A stretch of 64,000 bases of DNA, taken from positions 37,914 to 101,913 of IMG/VR virus record IMGVR_UViG_3300031251_000004, one strand, 5' to 3'. Source of the stretch: a virus. Both the position numbers and the translations under genes were made by a program. Of this stretch, positions 1-8,338 are shown piece by piece; position 1 is the stretch's first letter, and the number at the start of each line of letters is the position of its first letter. Below the pieces are notes generated by a model. It was given only the letters and a program-made list of their open reading frames with translations. It made no database searches and was not told where the DNA came from.

Positions 1-21
1 TCTAAAACTTTTTTCAATATA

Positions 22-36
22 CTAAAACTTTGGTAT
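22..36 (+). promoter_or_regulatory. Putative phage late-type promoter motif CTA-N8-GTAT
   Basis: CTAAAACTTTGGTAT 17 nt upstream of the first fibre gene, followed by an AGGA RBS; the same spacing motif precedes several other operon starts. Confidence 0.45.
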
Positions 37-53
37 TTATTTAGGAAAAATAT

Positions 54-2192
54 ATGTCTCAAGGCACCGCAGTAACTGTAAATAACATAAACCTAGTCTC
101 TTTGAGTGGTGATATCACCGGCAACACCATTGACGGCTATGTTTCTTCTATTAGCGGTCCATCTCCAGTCATCGTTACACCTAACTCTTTACAATGGCTT
201 AGCTCGGTTACCTCTCCTACTTTAACTCAAGCTTCTTCAGCTAATCCCGGACAAAATCTAACCATTCAAGCTCAAGGTACTGGCGGAGGTGGAGCAGGCG
301 GCAATTTAATTCTTGCTTCTGGAACTTCATTATTTGGCAGTGCCGGCAATATCATCTTTCAATTAGGCGCTACGACAGGTTTGACTTTATTATCTACTGG
401 AACTTTGCAGTTTCCGGCTACCGCTACAGCAACCATCAATCAAGCTGCCTCTACCGGAGGCGCTACTAATTTAAGCATTACTGCCCAATCAGCTGGTGGC
501 GCTGGAGACAACGGTGGAGCTTTAGTATTGACTTCAGGAGCTTCCACTACAACTGGTACTTCTGGTAATGTTATTATTAATACGGCTACTCCAGGTGGTG
601 GTACTGCTGGTAATATCTTATTTCAGGTTAGTGGTACTACTCAGGCTTTCGTTAATAGCTTTGGTGTTGGTATCGGATCTACTCCTGGCACTTCTCCTAC
701 TATTACTTCTGGTTCTGGCGTTCCAACTTCCACCCAACCGACTGGCTCTCTTTATCTAAATACCAGCGGTTCAACAATTACCGGTGTTTATACCCGCACT
801 ACCAGCTGGCTACCAATCAACGCCTACACAGGCTTAATAGCTCCAATTACAGCTACCACTAATACTAATACCGTTGCAGTATACACTGTCGACAGCACTT
901 CTGGTAATGACGGAGTTATTCTTCATTTTCACACTGGTCCTACAACTTACGTAATGCCATCCCCTGCTCCCGGACGACAAATCATTATTCGAGATATTAC
1001 TGGTGCCATCGAAACTACCAATCAAACTGGCGGATATGTTACTGGCTCCGGAGCTACTAGCAACGTTATTTTTGTTGCTCCTCATGGTACCGAATCTTTT
1101 AATGGGAGTGCTGGCTATATATTAACTGGAGGTTCTACTTTTCACGTTACTAATAACTCAGCCGCCGTCACTTGCAGCACTGGTTTATTTACCACTGAAC
1201 TTGCACCCGGCATGAGCATCACATTTGGCGCTCAATCTGGTGTATCTTACGTAATCTCTTCCATCGGATCAGCAACTTCACTCACACTTACCTCTGTGTA
1301 TACAGGTACCACTAGTACTACCTCTTCTGCCACTATGAATAGTTTAGCTTACTATGCTAACTGGGGTACTCTTACTTTGACAAGTGATGGTACTAACTGG
1401 TTCGCTACTAGCAATAAACCCATGCGTGTTTACTTAACTGCTAACGGTACTTTTATCCCTTCTCCTGGCTGTACTGCTGCTTATTTAGTTGGCTGCGGAG
1501 GTGGTGGAGGTGGTGCTGGTGGTGGTGGAACTAGTACTTCTGGTGGTGGCGGAGGCGGCGGCGCACTTCAATCGATTATGATAACCACGCTTACTCCTAA
1601 TATTGCTAGTGGTTATACCGTGGTAATTGGTGCTGGTGGGACAGGTGGAGTCGCTAACTCAGCTGGCACTACTGGTAATCCAGGAAATAATACTTCTTTT
1701 GGTACCTTAGCATATTTTTATGGTGCCTCTGGTGGTAGCAGCAGTGGAGGTCTTTTTAATTCTCCCGGTGGTTTATTTTTTACTAATAGTGGTACAAATA
1801 TGTATTCTTCTTCTAGCGCTGCCGTTGGCACTGGATCTGCGTCTCTTGCGGCCGCAACTACTCAACTTCAAGGAAGTACATCGCCAGGATCTATTGCCAT
1901 GGGTGGGTCTGGCGGAGCAAATAGTATAAGCGGTGTTGCTGGAATGATCAATACCAGTTCGAATCTAGCAACGGCTTATGTTGCTGGTACCGGAGGCGGA
2001 AGCAACGGCGGTGGCGGCGGCGGTGCTGGACCTCAAGGCAACGGTGGCAACGCTGGTGCTGCCTCAAGTGTAGGATCATCGGCTTCCGCTAATACTGGAG
2101 CTGGAGGTGGCGGTGGTGGTATTCTTGCCAGTACTGGCACCGCTGGCGGAAACGGTGGAAGTGGATATCTCTATGTATATACTTGGATGTAA
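54..2192 (+). CDS. Gly-rich tail fibre / receptor-binding protein, paralogue 1
   Basis: 712 aa, S/T/G-rich; GGxLxLxxG beta-repeats, central MPxP..GRQIIIRD..SDGTNW fibre domain, C-terminal Gly-rich domain (GGGGGG..IGAGG..GGSG). Confidence 0.75.
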   Translation: MSQGTAVTVNNINLVSLSGDITGNTIDGYVSSISGPSPVIVTPNSLQWLSSVTSPTLTQASSANPGQNLTIQAQGTGGGGAGGNLILASGTSLFGSAGNIIFQLGATTGLTLLSTGTLQFPATATATINQAASTGGATNLSITAQSAGGAGDNGGALVLTSGASTTTGTSGNVIINTATPGGGTAGNILFQVSGTTQAFVNSFGVGIGSTPGTSPTITSGSGVPTSTQPTGSLYLNTSGSTITGVYTRTTSWLPINAYTGLIAPITATTNTNTVAVYTVDSTSGNDGVILHFHTGPTTYVMPSPAPGRQIIIRDITGAIETTNQTGGYVTGSGATSNVIFVAPHGTESFNGSAGYILTGGSTFHVTNNSAAVTCSTGLFTTELAPGMSITFGAQSGVSYVISSIGSATSLTLTSVYTGTTSTTSSATMNSLAYYANWGTLTLTSDGTNWFATSNKPMRVYLTANGTFIPSPGCTAAYLVGCGGGGGGAGGGGTSTSGGGGGGGALQSIMITTLTPNIASGYTVVIGAGGTGGVANSAGTTGNPGNNTSFGTLAYFYGASGGSSSGGLFNSPGGLFFTNSGTNMYSSSSAAVGTGSASLAAATTQLQGSTSPGSIAMGGSGGANSISGVAGMINTSSNLATAYVAGTGGGSNGGGGGGAGPQGNGGNAGAASSVGSSASANTGAGGGGGGILASTGTAGGNGGSGYLYVYTWM
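672..718 (+). repeat. 47-bp block identical to 2825-2871; 35 bp of it also at 4951-4985
   Basis: ATCGGATCTACTCCTGGCACTTCTCCTACTATTAC(TTCTGGTTCTGG) read directly in fibre genes 1, 2 and 3. Confidence 0.9.
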
Positions 2193-2203
2193 AGGTCAAA
2201 TAA

Positions 2204-4321
2204 ATGGCTCAAAGTAATATAATTTTATATGGTGATGTAATTGGTAATAGCGGTAGCAATACTGTTTATTCTATTACTGGTATTTCGCCAACCTCTACAG
2301 TTCCTGTTAGCGCCGCTACTTTGCAATGGTTAAATACAACAGCCTCTCCAATTTTAGGTCAATTTACTAACGCTTATACGGCAGGACAAAATCTTACCGT
2401 TCAAGCACAAGGAAGCAGTTTTACGGCTGCCAATGGCGGTAATTTAGTTTTAGCTTCTGGTACTACTTCTTCTGGGACCGTTGGTAATATTCAATTACAA
2501 CTCGGCAATACTACTGGTCTTACACTATTAGCTACTGGAACTTTGCAATTTGGAGCAGCTGTTACAGCTGGTATTACTCAATCCTCTGCTGCTGGCACTG
2601 GAACCAATCTAAACATTACTGCCCAATCAGCTGGCGGAACTGCCAATAACGGTGGAACTTTACTTCTCACTTCTGGGGCGTCTACTACAACTGGAACCTC
2701 TGGAAACGTTACTTTCAATACCAGCGCGCCCGGTTATGGTGGAACTATTAGTAATATTCTTTTCCAAATTAGCGGTGTCACTCAAGCTTTCGTTACTGGA
2801 CTGACTACTAATTCTGGTTTGGGCATCGGATCTACTCCTGGCACTTCTCCTACTATTACTTCTGGTTCTGGTACTCCATCTACCACTCAAACAAGCGGGT
2901 CTATTTATCTAAATACTAGCGGAGGTTTATATACTCGACAGAGCAGCATTTGGTCTCAGTTTGGAGCATCTAATATTAGTCAATTAACAGCCCCTATTTC
3001 ACAATTAGTTAATACTAATACTTCTCACGCCATTTATACAGTTGATTCGATTGGTAGTTATGATGGTGTCATTTTACATAACTATACGGCAAGTACTACT
3101 GGATATACATACGTTATGCCTGCACCTACAGCGGGACGTCAAATTGTTATTCGAGATATAACTGGAAGTATTGAAACCGCTAATACTGGCGGTTACATAA
3201 CAGGAACTGGTACCGGAAGTAAAGTAATTTTTATCGCCCCTCACGGAACAGAATCTTTTAACGGAAACTCTGGTTTTACTTTATCTGGTGGCTCTACTTT
3301 TAATGTCACAAATGGATCTGCCACTGTTACCGCTACCGGATCTTCATTTACTACTCAATTAGCTCCAGGTATGAGTATTACTTTTAGTGCTCAGTCTAGT
3401 ACATCCTATATAATTTCTGCGATTGGTTCCAATACTTCTTTGACACTTGCTACTAATTATACTGGTACTACTAGTACCACATCTGCTGCTACTATGAACA
3501 GCTTAGCTTACTATGCTAATTACGGTACAATCACACTATACAGCGATGGTACTAACTGGTTAGCTTCTAGTAATAAACCACTTCGTGCTTATTTAACTGG
3601 AAGTAGCGGAGCTTTCTTTATCTCTCCAGGCATTACTAACACCTTTATCACTGCTGCTGGCGGTGGCGGTGGTGGAGGCGGTGGAACTACTACCTGTGGC
3701 GGTGGTGGTGGCGGAGGATCCATTCAATCTACCACTAATATTACTGTAGCCGCTAATACTTCTTATACCGTGGCCATTGGTGCTGGTGGAGCAGCTGGAG
3801 CTACAGGAGCCGCTGGCGGAGCCGGTGGAACTACTTCTTTTGGTACCTTAGCTTATTTTTATGGTGCTTCTGGTGGAGGATTCAATTCTACCGCTACCAC
3901 TTACGCTTGTGGCGGGTATCCATTTACTAACAATGGTTCTACTAACGTCTACTCTTCCGTAGCATATGCAGGAACTGGAACAAACTCAATTAATGCCAGT
4001 ACCGGTATCACTTCTAGCAATTTACTTGGACAATTATCAATGGGCGGATCTGGGGCTTACACTGGCGTTACTTCTTTTGCTGGTTTGGCAAATGCTGTCG
4101 GTAATGGTTCTTATACTGGTGGAGCAGCTGGTGGTACTTTTGGTGGCGGTGGCGGTGGAGCCGGACCTCAAGGTGCTGGTGCAGCAGGCGGAGCCTCTGG
4201 AGCTGGCGGTTCTTCTGCTAATGCTAATACGGGAGCGGGTGGCGGTGGTGGTGGCGGTAATGCCAGCACTACTGGTGGAACAGGTGGAAGCGGATATCTA
4301 TATCTATTAATGTATATGTAA
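2204..4321 (+). CDS. Gly-rich tail fibre / receptor-binding protein, paralogue 2
   Basis: 705 aa, collinear with 54..2192 over its full length. Confidence 0.75.
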   Translation: MAQSNIILYGDVIGNSGSNTVYSITGISPTSTVPVSAATLQWLNTTASPILGQFTNAYTAGQNLTVQAQGSSFTAANGGNLVLASGTTSSGTVGNIQLQLGNTTGLTLLATGTLQFGAAVTAGITQSSAAGTGTNLNITAQSAGGTANNGGTLLLTSGASTTTGTSGNVTFNTSAPGYGGTISNILFQISGVTQAFVTGLTTNSGLGIGSTPGTSPTITSGSGTPSTTQTSGSIYLNTSGGLYTRQSSIWSQFGASNISQLTAPISQLVNTNTSHAIYTVDSIGSYDGVILHNYTASTTGYTYVMPAPTAGRQIVIRDITGSIETANTGGYITGTGTGSKVIFIAPHGTESFNGNSGFTLSGGSTFNVTNGSATVTATGSSFTTQLAPGMSITFSAQSSTSYIISAIGSNTSLTLATNYTGTTSTTSAATMNSLAYYANYGTITLYSDGTNWLASSNKPLRAYLTGSSGAFFISPGITNTFITAAGGGGGGGGGTTTCGGGGGGGSIQSTTNITVAANTSYTVAIGAGGAAGATGAAGGAGGTTSFGTLAYFYGASGGGFNSTATTYACGGYPFTNNGSTNVYSSVAYAGTGTNSINASTGITSSNLLGQLSMGGSGAYTGVTSFAGLANAVGNGSYTGGAAGGTFGGGGGGAGPQGAGAAGGASGAGGSSANANTGAGGGGGGGNASTTGGTGGSGYLYLLMYM

Positions 4322-4335
4322 TGAGGAATGAGTAA

Positions 4336-6426
4336 ATGAATATAAATGGCATAATGGTAGCTGGTGATCTTGCAGGAAGTAGCGACTCTAATCTCGTTAT
4401 TTCTATTAGCGGAACATCTCCAATCAACATAACTCCTAATGCATTACAGTGGGCAATTAGTACTACTATCCCTATTTTAGGTCAAATTGCTTCAGCCACG
4501 GCTGCTGGACAAGCTCTAACAATTCAAGCACAAGGTAGTACTGGATCTGGTACCAATGGTGGTAACTTAGTATTAGCTTCTGGAGCCTCTGCATCTGGAA
4601 CTGCAGGAAGCGTCCAATTACAATCTGGTATTATCACTAATTTATCTTTAACTTCTACCGGTTCTTTGCAATTTGGTTCTACTATTACTTCACCTACCCT
4701 TACTCAAGCAACTGCTTCGGCTGCTGGCGGCAATTTAAGCATTACTGCTCAATCAGCTGGTGGAACTACTAATAATGGAGGCTCTTTAGTTTTGACTTCT
4801 GGGTCTTCCTCTACCACCGGTATTTCTGGAAACGTCACTATCAATACAGCTACACCAGGTGGTGGTGGAACAGCAGGTAATATCCTCTTTCAGGTTAGCG
4901 GCACGACTCAAGCTTTCGTTACCACTAACGCTAGCGGAGCTGGGTTTGGCATCGGATCTACTCCTGGCACTTCTCCTACTATTACCAGTGGAACCGGAAC
5001 CCCATCGTCTACCGAACCTAATGGGTCTCTTTATCTAAATGTTGCCGGATCAAGTAGTTCGGTTATTTATACTCGTCAAAATGGAACTTGGGCTTCTGTG
5101 TCTACCGCTGGTATACAAATTATTCCTTTAACCGAAACAATTACCACTAATTCTTCTCACAGTATTTATACTGTCGATAGTACAGGTGGAGGATCTGACG
5201 GTATTATTTTACACAATTATACTGCTAGCACTACTGGATACACATATATTATGCCTGCTCCAACTGCTGGACGCCAAATTATTATTCGTGACATAACTGG
5301 TGGCATTGAAACAGCCAATACGGGTGGATATATTACTGGTACTGGAACATCCAGTAAAGTTATCTTTATTGCCCCTCATGCTGTCGAATCATTTAATGGC
5401 AGTTCTGGATATGCTTTAAGCGGATCTGCTTTTCACTTTACCAACAACTCTGCTACTGTCACAGCTACCAGTTCTTTATTTACCACAGAATTGGCTCCCG
5501 GAATGAGCATTGTACCAGTAGGGGGTACTGCAACTACTACCGCCTCATACATAATTTCTTCCATTTCTAATGCAACTACTCTAACTCTCACTACCAATTA
5601 CACTGGGAATACTAGTACCGCAGGCACCGCTACTATGAATAGCTTAGCTTACTATGCTAACTACGGTACACTAACACTCATTAGTAATGGGACTAACTGG
5701 TTTGCTTCTAGCAATAAACCATTACGCGCTTATATAACTGGTAGTACCGGAACTTTCATTCCTTCTCCTGGAAGCACGAGCGCTACACTTATTGGTTGCG
5801 GTGGTGGTGGTGGTGGTGCTAATAACGGAGGCGTATCCTCCTCTACTGGTGGTGGTGGTGGTGGAGCTCTACAATCCGTTATAAATACTAGTATTACTCC
5901 AAATACCGCCTATTCAATTACTATTGGAGCGGGTGGCGGAAACGCCGGTGGAACCGGAGGTATTACATTCTTTGGTAGCTCAGCGACTTTTAATGGAGGT
6001 TCTGGTGGTGGAGGGGGCGCGGGGGGCACCTGTGGTTCCGGTGGATATCCAGTTAGCAATGGATCAGCAACTAATATTTATAGTGATGCTTTATCTGGTT
6101 TAGGTGTATCATCTATTGCTGCAGCCACAGCTATAACACCAACCAATATGCCAGGAATGATGGGCATGGGTGCGGGATCATTTTTAGCCGCTAATACACC
6201 CGGATTTAATAATATAATGGGTAATGGTTCTTATTCTGGTGGGACTACCAACAACGGTGGCGGTGGTGGTGCAGGACCACAAGGAAATGGTGGTAATGGT
6301 GCTAGTGCCGGTACTGGCGGTTCAGCAGCCGCAAATAGTGGTGCTGGTGGCGGTGGAAACTATAGTACTCCCGGTTCTGCTGGTGCTGGTGGTTCAGGTT
6401 ATCTTTATATTCTTATGCCAATGTAA
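4336..6426 (+). CDS. Gly-rich tail fibre / receptor-binding protein, paralogue 3
   Basis: 696 aa, collinear with paralogues 1 and 2; GAGGA upstream. Confidence 0.75.
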   Translation: MNINGIMVAGDLAGSSDSNLVISISGTSPINITPNALQWAISTTIPILGQIASATAAGQALTIQAQGSTGSGTNGGNLVLASGASASGTAGSVQLQSGIITNLSLTSTGSLQFGSTITSPTLTQATASAAGGNLSITAQSAGGTTNNGGSLVLTSGSSSTTGISGNVTINTATPGGGGTAGNILFQVSGTTQAFVTTNASGAGFGIGSTPGTSPTITSGTGTPSSTEPNGSLYLNVAGSSSSVIYTRQNGTWASVSTAGIQIIPLTETITTNSSHSIYTVDSTGGGSDGIILHNYTASTTGYTYIMPAPTAGRQIIIRDITGGIETANTGGYITGTGTSSKVIFIAPHAVESFNGSSGYALSGSAFHFTNNSATVTATSSLFTTELAPGMSIVPVGGTATTTASYIISSISNATTLTLTTNYTGNTSTAGTATMNSLAYYANYGTLTLISNGTNWFASSNKPLRAYITGSTGTFIPSPGSTSATLIGCGGGGGGANNGGVSSSTGGGGGGALQSVINTSITPNTAYSITIGAGGGNAGGTGGITFFGSSATFNGGSGGGGGAGGTCGSGGYPVSNGSATNIYSDALSGLGVSSIAAATAITPTNMPGMMGMGAGSFLAANTPGFNNIMGNGSYSGGTTNNGGGGGAGPQGNGGNGASAGTGGSAAANSGAGGGGNYSTPGSAGAGGSGYLYILMPM

Positions 6427-6439
6427 TTAAGGTTCAATA

Positions 6440-8335
6440 ATGTCTCTAACGATCAATCTAAATGGCGATGTAGTAGGAACTAATAATGGCAATATAATCA
6501 TCTCCATTAATAGTTCTTTTGCCCTACCTATTTCATCCCCTACTTTTCAGTGGAATAGTGGCGTTTCATCTCCCACCCTTATTCAAACAGCCAATACAAA
6601 TGTCAGCGCTGTTGGGCAAAACTTTACCATACAAGCACAAAGTACCACTGGTTCGGGATCTACGGCTGGCAATCTCAATTTAGCCGCTGGCACCGCCCCC
6701 ACCGCTTCTGGTACCGGTAACGTTAATATTCAAGGTGGTGCTCCTACTTCTTTAGTTAACATCATTACCTTCAATGCTACTGACTTCGATGCGGACGGCT
6801 TGGTGGAAACGATAGGAATAGGCTCTTCTTTGGTCTCTCCTCGTATTTACCAAATTACTAGCTCAGGTGCTGGTACAAATCTTACTATCCAAGCACAGAA
6901 CGCAGCCGGTAGCAATAACAATGGTGGAAGTCTTGTTCTAAAAGGCGGCACTGCTACTGGCACTGGTACCACTGGCGGTATCGTCCCCACCGTCCAAGTT
7001 AGAACTAATACAACTAATACTATTTATACTATTGATAGCACGGGTGGTGGGAGCGATTATCATATTCTACACAATAATACTGGCACCGTTTCTTATGTCA
7101 TGCCAGCTCCGACTGCCGGACGAGAATTATTCCTTCGAGATATTACTGGTTCCATTAACACATATGGCTCTATTCCCTCTAATGTTTTCTTAGTTCCTCA
7201 TGCTGTTGAAAAGTTTAACACTTCTTCGGGTTATGTTATGTCTGGCACTTTCAATATCACCAATGGTAGCACTTCAGTTACAGCTAGCTCCACCAAGGCA
7301 GGTATTTTGGCAGCCGGAATGAGTGTTGTTTTTGGCACCGATACTAAGAGCTATATCATCTCTTCTTTCAACGGTACTACTGGAATTACTTTAGCTTCAT
7401 CTTATGCTGGTACTACTAATGCAACTGCTACTGGAACTATTAACAGCTTAACCTTTGCTGCCAATTATGGAGTTTTGCGTTTAGTGAGTGATGGGGCTAA
7501 CTGGTATGTCCGAGGAGATGGGACGCTAACATATGTCTCATTCACGGCTAGTGGTACTTTTATCACACCTCAAGGAGTTACTTTTCTTAATGTGAGTGCA
7601 TTTGGAGGTGGTGGGGGTGGAGGATCTGGTGGTGCGACTTCTACAGCCGCCAATGCTGGTGGCGGAGGTGGAGGTGGCGGGACTATTCAGTCGTCAACAG
7701 TTTTTTCTGTTATCCCCAGTACATCAAATTCTATTACTATTGGTGCTGGTGGAACTGGCGGAGCTGCCGTCACTCCTAATCAACCAGGTAATCCTGGTAC
7801 TGCGGGTGGTGATACCATAATTCAGAACATAAGTTACATAAATACTTTTCTTGGTGCCTCCGGCGGGGGCGGCGGAGCGGCTTCGCCCTCTACAACGTGT
7901 TCTGGCGGATTATGTATCAGAAATGCTTCTTCTTCGGGAAATTTTTACAATACATTATCAAGTACATCAAACACCATTGCTACAGGTACTACAAATTTTG
8001 AAGGTACAACTGGCTTTCTTTCCGTTGGTGGAGGCGGTATTGCTACAAATGGCGAAGCAGGGAGCCCTGGATGTTCTAACATCACATTTGCACCTACTGG
8101 AACCAGTACTGGCGGAGCGGTGGGTTCTAGCGGATGCGGTGGTGGAGCAGGCGGTGGATCTGGCCCTAATGGTCCAGGTGGCAACGGTGGAACTGGTGGA
8201 ACCTCTCCTGTCGCTGGTACCAGCGCGCTAGCTAATACTGGAGGAGGCGGTGGCGGTGGCGGAGGAAATAGTACTACATCTGCTATCGGCGGAAATGGTG
8301 GATCTGGATTTCTCTATTTTACTTATTCCCTATAA
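6440..8335 (+). CDS. Gly-rich tail fibre / receptor-binding protein, paralogue 4 (most diverged)
   Basis: 631 aa; same domain order but lacks the GIGSTPGTSP segment. Confidence 0.72.
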   Translation: MSLTINLNGDVVGTNNGNIIISINSSFALPISSPTFQWNSGVSSPTLIQTANTNVSAVGQNFTIQAQSTTGSGSTAGNLNLAAGTAPTASGTGNVNIQGGAPTSLVNIITFNATDFDADGLVETIGIGSSLVSPRIYQITSSGAGTNLTIQAQNAAGSNNNGGSLVLKGGTATGTGTTGGIVPTVQVRTNTTNTIYTIDSTGGGSDYHILHNNTGTVSYVMPAPTAGRELFLRDITGSINTYGSIPSNVFLVPHAVEKFNTSSGYVMSGTFNITNGSTSVTASSTKAGILAAGMSVVFGTDTKSYIISSFNGTTGITLASSYAGTTNATATGTINSLTFAANYGVLRLVSDGANWYVRGDGTLTYVSFTASGTFITPQGVTFLNVSAFGGGGGGGSGGATSTAANAGGGGGGGGTIQSSTVFSVIPSTSNSITIGAGGTGGAAVTPNQPGNPGTAGGDTIIQNISYINTFLGASGGGGGAASPSTTCSGGLCIRNASSSGNFYNTLSSTSNTIATGTTNFEGTTGFLSVGGGGIATNGEAGSPGCSNITFAPTGTSTGGAVGSSGCGGGAGGGSGPNGPGGNGGTGGTSPVAGTSALANTGGGGGGGGGNSTTSAIGGNGGSGFLYFTYSL

Positions 8336-8338
8336 ACC

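Noticed and set aside
2-31. Direct repeat CTAAAACTTT at 2-11 and 22-31
   Set aside because: Short, AT-rich and at the window edge; the second copy is already explained by the promoter motif.
568-8231. Alternative-frame and antisense ORFs within the fibre genes (568..759, 834..1085, 3966..4310, 7851..8231, 7945..8184 and others)
   Set aside because: They are shadows of Gly/Thr/Ala codon runs (V/L-rich or poly-Pro), lack RBS and lie fully inside well-supported genes.
54-8335. Diversity-generating retroelement or invertase shufflon acting on the fibre array
   Set aside because: No reverse transcriptase or recombinase in the window, differences between copies are not adenine-specific, and all copies are full genes in direct orientation.
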